Shown here: positions 57,049 to 64,000 of the stretch, piece after piece
Layout: each line of letters begins with the position of its first letter
Position numbering within the stretch: the stretch's first letter is position 1
DNA from: an uncultured Gemmatimonadales bacterium
GTDB taxonomy: Bacteria; Gemmatimonadota; Gemmatimonadetes; Gemmatimonadales; GWC2-71-9
Assembly: GCA_963773095.1 (NCBI GenBank)
Contig: CAVYZY010000012.1
Coordinates: 123,130-187,129 of the forward strand
Length of the DNA: 64,000 bases
Direction of reading: 5' to 3'
Translations under genes and position numbers: made by a program
The notes under the pieces: model-generated
What the model was told of the DNA's origin: nothing
The model's input: the letters and a program-made list of their open reading frames with translations, nothing else
The model's database searches: none

Positions 57049-57716
57049 TGCCGGCGACGCGGCCCCGCGGCCGGGAAACGAAGGCGGCGCTGCAGGCGCG
57101 CGCGAAGGAGATCCTCAAGCGCCTGAAGAAGCGGTACCCCGATGCGCACTGCGAACTCGATCACCGAAGCGCATTCGAGTTGCTGTGCGCCACGATCCTC
57201 TCGGCCCAGTGTACCGACGCGCGGGTCAACCTGGTGACGCCGGAACTCTTCCGCCGTTATCCCGACGCGGAGGCGCTTTCGGTGGCGCGCCCGGAAGATG
57301 TGGAAGCGATCATCAGGTCGACGGGATTCTTCCGCAACAAGACGAAGAGCCTCATCGGCATGGCGAATGCTGTGGTCGAGCGCCATGGTGGCGACATTCC
57401 CGGCTCCATGGAGCAGCTCAGGGTGCTCCCGGGCGTCGGGCGAAAGACGGCTAACGTCATTCTGGGCAACGCCTTCGGGATCAACGAGGGTGTGACCGTG
57501 GATACGCACGTAGGCCGGCTGTCCCGGCTGCTCCGGCTGACGCGAAACACCGACCCGGAGCGCATCGAGCGCGACCTGATGGTGCTGTTCCCGCAGCACG
57601 ACTGGGCCCTGCTGTCGCACCTGCTGATATTCCATGGAAGGCGCACCTGCATCGCCCGGAAGCCCAGATGCGGTGAGTGCGTCCTCGCAGATCTCTGTCC
57701 CTCGGCGCAGCTGTGA
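57048..57716 (+). CDS. nth: Endonuclease III (DNA glycosylase/AP lyase)
   Basis: 222 aa. HhH-GPD LPGVGRKTANVILGNAFG...VDTHV. 4Fe-4S cluster CIARKPRCGECVLADLC (C-x6-C-x2-C-x5-C). Start shares one nt with the polX stop. Confidence 0.93.
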   Translation: MPATRPRGRETKAALQARAKEILKRLKKRYPDAHCELDHRSAFELLCATILSAQCTDARVNLVTPELFRRYPDAEALSVARPEDVEAIIRSTGFFRNKTKSLIGMANAVVERHGGDIPGSMEQLRVLPGVGRKTANVILGNAFGINEGVTVDTHVGRLSRLLRLTRNTDPERIERDLMVLFPQHDWALLSHLLIFHGRRTCIARKPRCGECVLADLCPSAQL

Positions 57717-57747
57717 CACGCCGGGTCACGCGTCAAGGAGTCTCGAC

Positions 57748-58554
57748 ATGAGTTCAATCATCCACATACGCGGCCTCCTGCTCCTGGCGGCGTTGCTGTT
57801 CGCCGCCGCGCCGGCAGCGGCGCAGCAGTCTGCCAGCGTCCAGGCGGCTCAAAACTTCCGCTTCTCCGCCGCGGAGATCGAGGCGGTGGTCCACGCGCGG
57901 AACGCCCTCGCCCGGGCGATCGCCACGACCCCGGGCCTCGGCAACCAGATCATCGCGGCGTCGGCCGGCAACCCCACGGTGGACGAGGTCATCGCGCGGC
58001 TGAAGCAGATCCCCCAGGTGAAGAAGTCGTACAACAACGCCGGCCTCACCACTCGTCAGGGCGTGCTGAGCGAACTGGCGCTGATGCTGACTGCCCAGGC
58101 GTACCAGAACTCGCAGCAGAACCCCGGCGCACCGGCCATCACGCCGGCGATGGCGGCAAACCTGAAGCTTTACCAGCAGTACTCCGGCCAGCTGATCGCG
58201 TGGCGGGCGGAGATCTCCGGCCAGGGACCGGTGGTCGATCCCGACATCGTCGGCGTCGCCGGGGCCTATCCCGACAATGTCCAGCTCCGGAACGACGCGG
58301 ACGTTCAGCAGCCGGGCAACGTGAACGTGGCCAAGGACGTCGACGTCCAGAAGCCGGGCAACGAGAACCTGGCCAACGATGTAGACGTGCAGAAGCCCGG
58401 CAACGTGAACATGGGCAAGGATGTCGACGTCCAGAAGCCCGGTAACGTGAACATGGGCAAGGATGTCGACGTCCAGCAGCCGGGGAACGAGTCACCGAAC
58501 GACCCGGACATGGTGAACCCCATTTCGACCGACCCGGACAACGTGTCGCCGTAG
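57748..58554 (+). CDS. Secreted protein with a C-terminal 14-residue tandem repeat array, hypothetical
   Basis: ATG at 57748 preceded by AAGGAG. Signal peptide [27 protein letters not shown]. Five [14 protein letters not shown] units. Confidence 0.7.
   Translation: MSSIIHIRGLLLLAALLFAAAPAAAQQSASVQAAQNFRFSAAEIEAVVHARNALARAIATTPGLGNQIIAASAGNPTVDEVIARLKQIPQVKKSYNNAGLTTRQGVLSELALMLTAQAYQNSQQNPGAPAITPAMAANLKLYQQYSGQLIAWRAEISGQGPVVDPDIVGVAGAYPDNVQLRNDADVQQPGNVNVAKDVDVQKPGNENLANDVDVQKPGNVNMGKDVDVQKPGNVNMGKDVDVQQPGNESPNDPDMVNPISTDPDNVSP
58294..58500 (+). repeat. Five tandem 42-bp coding repeats (DxDVQ[KQ]PGN[VE]N...)
   Basis: Units start at 58294, 58336, 58378, 58420 and 58462. Units 3 and 4 encode identical peptides and differ at only 3 silent positions. 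Confidence 0.9.
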
Positions 58555-58591
58555 CAGTAGATTCCCGGCCACAACTTTTCCGGAAGGCATT

Positions 58592-59041
58592 GTGGCCAAG
58601 ACCGCTACCATCGTTACCAGCAAGGGCACCATCGTCGCCGAGCTCTTCGACGAGGAGGTGCCCAATACCGTCGCCAATTTCGAGAAGCTCGCCAACAGCG
58701 ACTTCTATGACGGCACCCGCTTCCACCGCGTCATCTCCGACTTCATGATCCAGGGCGGCGACCCGCTCTCGAAGAAGGCGGGCGACCCGCGCGCCGGCAC
58801 CGGCGGCCCGGGCTACAAGATCAAATGCGAAACCGAGAAGAACACCCACCGGCACGTGGCCGGCACGCTCTCCATGGCCCACGCGGGCAAGGACACCGGC
58901 GGCAGCCAGTTCTTCATCTGCCACGCGCCGCAGCCGCACCTCGACCGCAAGCACACCGTGTTCGGTCAGGTCACGACGGGCATGGATGTGGTGAATGCGA
59001 TCCGGCAGGGGGACGAGGTCACGTCCATCCGGGTGAGCTGA
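58592..59041 (+). CDS. ppiB: Cyclophilin-type peptidyl-prolyl cis-trans isomerase
   Basis: 149 aa, GTG start. [34 protein letters not shown]...[17 protein letters not shown]. Confidence 0.93.
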   Translation: MAKTATIVTSKGTIVAELFDEEVPNTVANFEKLANSDFYDGTRFHRVISDFMIQGGDPLSKKAGDPRAGTGGPGYKIKCETEKNTHRHVAGTLSMAHAGKDTGGSQFFICHAPQPHLDRKHTVFGQVTTGMDVVNAIRQGDEVTSIRVS

Positions 59042-59042
59042 G

Positions 59043-59447
59043 CTGCACGTCGACTTCGCCGTCCTGGCCGACTATGCCCTCTTCGACCAGCAGGGCAAGC
59101 TGTCGGTGCTCGGCATCTTCCGGCATGTGTGGGTGGGCGGGTTTCCTGCGGTGCACCCGCGCACCCACTTGGTGATCCGGCTGCGCGCGCAGCGGAATGA
59201 AATCGGCGCGCACGCGCTCCGGATCCGCTTTCTCGACGACCAGGACAACGAACTGCTCGGCGGCGAAGGCACCGTGCAGTTCGGCGAGCCGCCGGCCGGC
59301 GTGACGGATGTGGAGGCGGCTGCCGTTCTCGCGTTCGACGTTCCCCTCCCCCGACCCGGCCAGTACCGCTTTGCACTCAGCATCGACGGCGAGCCCGCGG
59401 CCGAAGTACCCCTCTCCGCGAGCGCGGCCCCGGCATCTTCGCTTTGA
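59043..59447 (+). CDS. Hypothetical protein; start uncertain (CTG 59043 or GTG 59106)
   Basis: The reading frame is open from 59037. The conserved-looking N-terminal strand LHVDFAVLADYALFDQQGKLSVLGIF lies upstream of the first canonical start (GTG 59106). Confidence 0.5.
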   Translation: MHVDFAVLADYALFDQQGKLSVLGIFRHVWVGGFPAVHPRTHLVIRLRAQRNEIGAHALRIRFLDDQDNELLGGEGTVQFGEPPAGVTDVEAAAVLAFDVPLPRPGQYRFALSIDGEPAAEVPLSASAAPASSL

Positions 59448-59544
59448 CACGGGCTGCTCGGCGCGCTACCGTAAGGCTCAACAGACCGGCGACGGACTGT
59501 TAAAGATCCCCACATAAGCCGATCCCATCATTCGGAGTTCGCGT

Positions 59545-60918
59545 ATGCGGCGTTCCGAAGTGTGCTTCGCCCTGGCGGCCGCGCTCACGCTGGCGCTACC
59601 CGCCGTGTCACACGCCCAAGGGTACGGTGTTTACGAGCAGGGGGCCTGTACCATGGGGCGCGGCGGCACGGCCGCCGCGAAACCATGCGCCGACGCGTCG
59701 GGCATGTACTTCAACCCCGCGGGAATTGCCGGCCTGCCACTGAGCGGCTCCCTCGGCGGCACGCTCATCATGCCATCCACGACCTGGTCCAACGACAATA
59801 CCCAGATTCAAGCCAGCTTCCTGGACAAGGCGTACCCGGTCCCCAATCTGTACTTCGTGGCCCCGGTCGCCCGGCGTTACGCTTTGGGCTTCGGTGTTTT
59901 CGTCCCCTACGGCCTCACGACGGAGTGGGACAAGGACACCTTCGAGGGCCGGTTCCTCGGCTACAAGACGTCACTGAAAGCGATCTACCTGCAACCCACG
60001 GCAGCGGCGCAGTTCGGCAAGCTCAAGATCGGCGCTGGTCTCGACATCACCAGCCTGAGCGTGGACCTGGAGCGCAAGCTCGACCTCTCGCAGCAGTTCG
60101 CGGCGCCCGGAGTCACGTTCGGGATGCTCGGCATTCCTTACGGCACCGACTTCGCCGATGCGACCGTGACCGGCAGCGCTTGGGGCGTGGGCTACAACCT
60201 CGGCGCCACTTTCGACCTCACGCCACAAGTGTCGCTCGGCGTACGCTATACCGCACGCCAGAAGATCAACGCTGACGGCGGGACAGCGGAATTCACCCAG
60301 GATTCGACACACCTGGTTCTCACCGCCGGCAACCCGCTCGGGCTTCCCGGGGGCACGCCAGTCGACGCGCTGGTGGCGCCACAGTTCGAGTCGGGGGGAT
60401 CGCTCGTAACTCAGGGTGTGTCCACGTCGATCCGGCTGCCCAACCAGCTGGTCATGGGTCTCGCGGTAACGCCCATCAAGGCACTGACCGTGATGTTCGA
60501 TGCGCAGTATACGTGGTGGGAGGTGCTCGACGAGATCCCGCTCGACTTCGAGATCCTGCCGAATCAGTCACTGGTCCTCAACGACAACAGCGTCTGGACC
60601 TGGCGTTTCGGCGCCGAACTCCTGCTCAACAAGGAACACGGAACGGTGTTCCGGGGCGGGTTCATCTTCCACGAGGCGGCTGCGCCCGATCAGTCGGTCA
60701 TACCAAACCTCCCCGAGGCCAGCCGGAACGACTACTCGGTGGGCTTCGGCACCCGGATCTCGAAGACGTTTTACATTGATGCCGCCTACATGCTCGTCTA
60801 TGCGTATAACCGCCGAGGACGCACGGTCGGCCTCGTTCCCGGCGGCCCCATCACCAATGGTCTGTATTTCGACGCCGGTGCCAGCCTGGTCAGCGTCACC
60901 CTGACCGCCACCTTCTGA
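59545..60918 (+). CDS. FadL/OmpP1/TodX family outer membrane hydrophobic-compound channel
   Basis: 457 aa. Signal peptide ...AVSHAQG, GYGVYEQGACTMGRGGTAAA and MYFNPAGIA family N-terminus. C-terminal beta-barrel ending in F. Confidence 0.85.
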   Translation: MRRSEVCFALAAALTLALPAVSHAQGYGVYEQGACTMGRGGTAAAKPCADASGMYFNPAGIAGLPLSGSLGGTLIMPSTTWSNDNTQIQASFLDKAYPVPNLYFVAPVARRYALGFGVFVPYGLTTEWDKDTFEGRFLGYKTSLKAIYLQPTAAAQFGKLKIGAGLDITSLSVDLERKLDLSQQFAAPGVTFGMLGIPYGTDFADATVTGSAWGVGYNLGATFDLTPQVSLGVRYTARQKINADGGTAEFTQDSTHLVLTAGNPLGLPGGTPVDALVAPQFESGGSLVTQGVSTSIRLPNQLVMGLAVTPIKALTVMFDAQYTWWEVLDEIPLDFEILPNQSLVLNDNSVWTWRFGAELLLNKEHGTVFRGGFIFHEAAAPDQSVIPNLPEASRNDYSVGFGTRISKTFYIDAAYMLVYAYNRRGRTVGLVPGGPITNGLYFDAGASLVSVTLTATF

Positions 60919-60935
60919 CCGGGAGAACCGAGCTC

Positions 60936-62171
60936 ATGTTTCGTCGCTTCCGGCTCATTGCACTCGCCCTGCCCGTCGTGGCGGGCTGCTACACCAATGA
61001 GACCCTCGATCCGCCCGACCTGTCGAACAACAACAGGTTGTTCACCCGGTTTGTTGCCATCGGCACGAGCATCTCGTCCGGCCTGCAGTCGGCCGGCATC
61101 AACGACAGCACGCAGCGGCGGGCGTTCCCCGTGCTCGTGGCACAGCAGGCGGGGGCCAGCTTTTTCTGGCCGAGCCTGTACGCCCGCGGCTGTCCGCCTC
61201 CGCTCACCAACAACGTGACGCAGGCGCGCGTCGGTGGCGGTACCGCCACGACGTGCGACCTCCGGGCGCTGCCGATTCCGTACAACATCGGCAACCTCGC
61301 GGTGCCAGGCCTCACGGCCCCCGACCTCTTCACCAACACGGGGTCGGAGCTCAGCACTTATGAGCGGCTCCAGACCTTCTTCCTGGGCGGCCAGACGCCG
61401 TGGAACGCCGTCAAGAACGCACAGCCGACGCTCCTGAGCATCGAGATCGGCTCGTCCGACGTGATCGGTGCGGTGTCGTCGGCCGGCAACCCGGGCGATC
61501 CCGACTCCGTCACCACCTTTGACGTATTCGCGGTCAACTACCAGCGCTTCGCCGACAGCGTGGCGACGCTGAACACGAAGGTGGTGGCGTTCACCATTCC
61601 CGACGTGACACAGATCCCCTTCACCTCCAGGGGCAGCACCTACTGGTGCCTCAAGACCGGCGCCTGCCCGGGCGTGCCAGCACAGCTTCCGGCCAACTAC
61701 ACGGTGTTGAACAACTGCGCGCCGAATGCCGCGATCCCGGGGTCGAAGGGAGACTCGGTGCTCGTGCCCTGGACGATCGGGGTCGCCGCGCTGTTGCGGG
61801 CGTCAGCTCCGCCGTTCCCGGCGTTCACCCTCGATTGCAGCAATGACCTGCTCGTGGTGACTCCGGCGGAGTATGCGAACGTGCGGAACACGACCGACCA
61901 GATCAACCAGCTCATTCGCGACGAGGCGGCGGCGCGAGGATGGGCGCTGGTCGACGCGCAGGCCATTTTCACCCAGCTGCAAGTGCAGGATGGCGGCATC
62001 CCGCTCTTCCCGAGCCTCGCCGCCGTTCCCACCGGCGGGTCGGTCAATTTTGGCACGTGGTTCTCGCTCGACGGCTTCCACCCCAGCTCGGCGACACACC
62101 GGGTGGTGGCGGATTCCATGATAGCGGTGGTGAACCGGGTCTTCGCGACCCAGTTAGCGGCGGTGCCGTGA
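60936..62171 (+). CDS. SGNH/GDSL hydrolase family lipoprotein
   Basis: 411 aa. Lipobox VVAGC. Block I FVAIGTSISSG, block V SLDGFHPS. Confidence 0.78.
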   Translation: MFRRFRLIALALPVVAGCYTNETLDPPDLSNNNRLFTRFVAIGTSISSGLQSAGINDSTQRRAFPVLVAQQAGASFFWPSLYARGCPPPLTNNVTQARVGGGTATTCDLRALPIPYNIGNLAVPGLTAPDLFTNTGSELSTYERLQTFFLGGQTPWNAVKNAQPTLLSIEIGSSDVIGAVSSAGNPGDPDSVTTFDVFAVNYQRFADSVATLNTKVVAFTIPDVTQIPFTSRGSTYWCLKTGACPGVPAQLPANYTVLNNCAPNAAIPGSKGDSVLVPWTIGVAALLRASAPPFPAFTLDCSNDLLVVTPAEYANVRNTTDQINQLIRDEAAARGWALVDAQAIFTQLQVQDGGIPLFPSLAAVPTGGSVNFGTWFSLDGFHPSSATHRVVADSMIAVVNRVFATQLAAVP

Positions 62172-62222
62172 GGGTCAGGGGTTAAGCGTTGAGAGTCAGG
62201 CTTCGCCAAGGAACTGTGAGAT

Positions 62223-62256
62223 GAGGGGTGAGGGGGAGATATTCCCCTCACCCCTC
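62223..62256 (+). terminator. Perfect 13-bp GC-rich hairpin downstream of the SGNH gene
   Basis: GAGGGGTGAGGGG-gagatatt-CCCCTCACCCCTC. No clear U tract. Preceded by a run of GTNAGGN heptamers from 62167. Confidence 0.55.
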
Positions 62257-62297
62257 AATCCTTACCCCCCACCGCTGGTGCAGTAACTTCCCCGTCC

Positions 62298-62879
62298 ATG
62301 ACAATCACCAGAGACCAGGCGCTGGCCCTCGTTCACGAGTACACCCAGTCCGAGCCGCTCCGCCGACACATGTATGCGGTGGAGCTGTCGATGCGGGCCC
62401 TCGCAGAGAAGTATGGCGAGAGCGCCGACGAGTGGGGCCTCGTGGGCCTGCTGCACGACTTCGACTATGAGCGGTTTCCCAACGCGCAGCACTCGGCGAC
62501 CGATGAGCATCCTGCAGAGGGTGTCCGCATCCTCGCGGGCCACGGCCTGCCCGACGCAATGCAGCGGGCGATCCTGGGCCACGCCACGTACACGGGAGTG
62601 CCACGCGACTCGCTGATGGCACGGGCGCTGTTCGCGGCCGATGAGCTTTCCGGGTTTCTGGTGGCGTGTGCCATGGTGCGGCCGAACCGCAGCCTGGCCG
62701 AGCTCGAGGCGCCGAGTGTGCGGAAGAAGCTCAGGGACAAGGGATTTGCCCGGGGCGTCAGCCGGGAGGACGTCTACCTCGGCGCGGACGAACTGGGCGT
62801 ACCACTCGACGACCTGATCGGGATGCTCATTGCCGCGCTCCGGCCGCACGAGCGGCTGCTGGGGCTCGGCGCCGCCTGA
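62298..62879 (+). CDS. HD-domain metal-dependent phosphohydrolase
   Basis: 193 aa. RRHMYAVE...GLLHDFDYE (the H...HD...D pattern). Confidence 0.8.
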   Translation: MTITRDQALALVHEYTQSEPLRRHMYAVELSMRALAEKYGESADEWGLVGLLHDFDYERFPNAQHSATDEHPAEGVRILAGHGLPDAMQRAILGHATYTGVPRDSLMARALFAADELSGFLVACAMVRPNRSLAELEAPSVRKKLRDKGFARGVSREDVYLGADELGVPLDDLIGMLIAALRPHERLLGLGAA

Positions 62880-62898
62880 CCTGGTCATTACGGGAGCG

Positions 62899-62929
62899 GC
62901 GGGGCCCCGGGCGCGAACCGGGGCCCCGC
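62899..62929 (+). terminator. Perfect 12-bp GC hairpin downstream of the HD gene
   Basis: GCGGGGCCCCGG-gcgcgaa-CCGGGGCCCCGC, followed by tcaacgttt. Confidence 0.55.
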
Positions 62930-62948
62930 TCAACGTTTGAGGAGACTG

Positions 62949-63506
62949 GTGCGTAATAGGGACGCAGGTGACGGCGAGTTGGCCCGTGAGGCGGCGGCAG
63001 GAGACCAGGCGGCATACGGTATCCTGGTCGAGCGTCACGGCGATACTGCCAGACGGGTGGCTCTCTCGATTCTCCGCGACGAGCATGATGCCGACGATGC
63101 GGCCCAGGATGGCCTCGTCGCGGCCTGGCGGTCGCTGGAGCGCTTCGACCCGGCCCGGCCGTTCCGGCCCTGGCTCATACGCATCGTAGTCAACGCCGCA
63201 CGCGACCTGGCACGCCGGCGCATGGTGCGGCAGACGGAAACGGTGAGTCCCGATGTGCCGGCGCCGGGGGCGAGTCCGGAACAGGATACCGAGCGCGCCC
63301 TGCTCCGTGAGCGACTGCGCGGGGCGCTCGCGACCCTGCCGGAGCGCCAGCGGCTGGTGGTCACCCTGTTCGACGCGGAAGGCTTCTCGCACGCCGAGAT
63401 TGCCGACCTGGTGGGAGCACCGGAAGGAACGGTGCGCTCCGAGCTGTTTCATGCGCGACGCGCCCTCCGGGAGGAACTGGGAGCGCTGAGGGAGGAGATG
63501 CGATGA
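62949..63506 (+). CDS. ECF (group 4) sigma-70 family RNA polymerase sigma factor
   Basis: Region 2 (DAAQDGLVAAWRSLERFDPARPFRPWLIRIVVNAARD) and region 4 (LPERQRLVVTLFDAEGFSHAEIADLVGAPEGTVRSELFHARRAL). The GTG at 62949 follows GAGGAG. The track start is TTG 62937. Confidence 0.88.
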   Translation: MRNRDAGDGELAREAAAGDQAAYGILVERHGDTARRVALSILRDEHDADDAAQDGLVAAWRSLERFDPARPFRPWLIRIVVNAARDLARRRMVRQTETVSPDVPAPGASPEQDTERALLRERLRGALATLPERQRLVVTLFDAEGFSHAEIADLVGAPEGTVRSELFHARRALREELGALREEMR

Positions 63507-63838
63507 GCGGTATCAATCCATTCGACCATGAACGCGACCCGGCGCTGGGCGCGAGGCTGCGCGAGGCGCTGACTGGTGCCGACCAGGCCGGCTTCCTCGC
63601 GCGCGTGCGCGCATCAGTGGCACTGACACGCCAGGAGCGCACGTTCGACGTGCTCGCGCGCTGGCTGCGCCCGAGCGTGGCCGCCGCCGCCGCGATCCTG
63701 CTGCTGGGTACGGCGGTCTGGTGGTACTGGGAGGCGAACGCCGGCGCCGCCGGCACCGCCACGGTCGCGGAGTTGCTGGTGTCCGATTCGGTCCCGGCGC
63801 AGGAAATCCTGCTTGCCGGCCTCCTGGAGGCCCGATGA
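63503..63838 (+). CDS. Putative anti-sigma factor (single-pass membrane protein)
   Basis: 111 aa. ATG overlaps the sigma stop (ATGA). One TM segment (VAAAAAILLLGTAVWWYW). Confidence 0.55.
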   Translation: MSGINPFDHERDPALGARLREALTGADQAGFLARVRASVALTRQERTFDVLARWLRPSVAAAAAILLLGTAVWWYWEANAGAAGTATVAELLVSDSVPAQEILLAGLLEAR

Positions 63839-64000
63839 TCTCCCCGACCCGGCGCGCTGCCGTCCTCCTGCTCGCCACCTTCGTGCTCGGTACCGCCGCG
63901 GGCGCGGCGGTGATGGCGTACGCCTCGCACCCCAAGGCCTCGCCGACGGCACAGGGACGCTCGGCATGGTACCTCGACCACCTCACGCGCAGCCTCGACC
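63835..64000 (+). CDS. Signal-anchored periplasmic protein (Spy/CpxP-like heavy-metal-sensor type?), truncated by the right edge
   Basis: ATG 63835 overlaps the previous stop (ATGA). MISPTRRAAVLLLATFVLGTAAGAAVMAY... Only 55 codons are visible. Confidence 0.4.
   Translation, partial: MISPTRRAAVLLLATFVLGTAAGAAVMAYASHPKASPTAQGRSAWYLDHLTRSLD

Noticed and set aside
58294-58500. Possible CRISPR-like or minisatellite array
   Set aside because: The 42-bp units are contiguous without spacers. They are in frame and encode a coherent peptide repeat inside a signal-peptide protein. This is a coding tandem repeat, not a CRISPR array.
58567-58597. Hairpin GGCCACAA-N15-TTGTGGCC overlapping the ppiB GTG start as a translational riboregulator
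   Set aside because: With an 8-bp stem and a long loop, it is most simply the terminator of the upstream repeat-protein gene. Nothing in the sequence suggests ligand- or temperature-sensing.
62915-62937. ECF-type promoter GAAC-N15-CGTT upstream of the ECF sigma gene
   Set aside because: The motif lies inside and just after the terminator hairpin of the HD gene. It would place the transcription start on top of the Shine-Dalgarno sequence (62939-62944), leaving no usable 5' UTR. It is likely coincidental.

Overview
This is a GC-rich, densely coding bacterial chromosomal segment. Codon third positions are dominated by G/C, which produces many long spurious antisense ORFs. I support about 58 protein-coding genes. 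I recognised no rRNA, tRNA, CRISPR array, transposase or integrase. All calls rest on reading the translations and the DNA for family motifs, with no database search. The gene content (OPT transporter, soluble acyl-ACP desaturase, TPR/HEAT proteins, many sigma-54 and ECF elements) would fit a Gemmatimonadota-like organism, but that is only a guess.

Left to right the window holds:
- a truncated M16 peptidase and a TPR protein
- a TetR-TolC-EmrA-EmrB efflux operon
- a HAMP histidine kinase plus a sigma-54 enhancer-binding response regulator
- a PQQ biosynthesis operon (pqqA, not in the ORF track, then pqqB, an inserted secreted ORF, pqqC, pqqD, pqqE) fused to an ABC ATPase/ABC-2 permease pair
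- a minus-strand WtpA-like binding protein-pruA-hypothetical operon
- small envelope proteins, a YfcC transporter, an amidase and an FAD oxidoreductase
- a GNAT/acyl-ACP desaturase/lipoprotein/YggT/YggU string behind a consensus sigma-54 promoter
- metF-metH, an acyl-CoA dehydrogenase and PBP4
- czcCBA plus a two-component system
- an OPT transporter, a GNAT and two tandem NhaP-type antiporters
- M42 and M28-PDZ peptidases and a HEAT-repeat protein
- GAF, a hydrolase and a hypothetical-PolX-Nth repair string
- a secreted 14-residue-repeat protein, cyclophilin, FadL plus an SGNH lipase, an HD protein, and an ECF sigma module at the right edge

The best candidate for something undescribed is the extended pqq locus. 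A sigma-54 promoter with upstream palindromes sits next to its likely activator. A signal-peptide protein with a CX5C motif and a perfect 30-bp tandem duplication is wedged between pqqB and pqqC. An ABC-2 exporter is translationally coupled to pqqE and is a candidate dedicated PQQ exporter.
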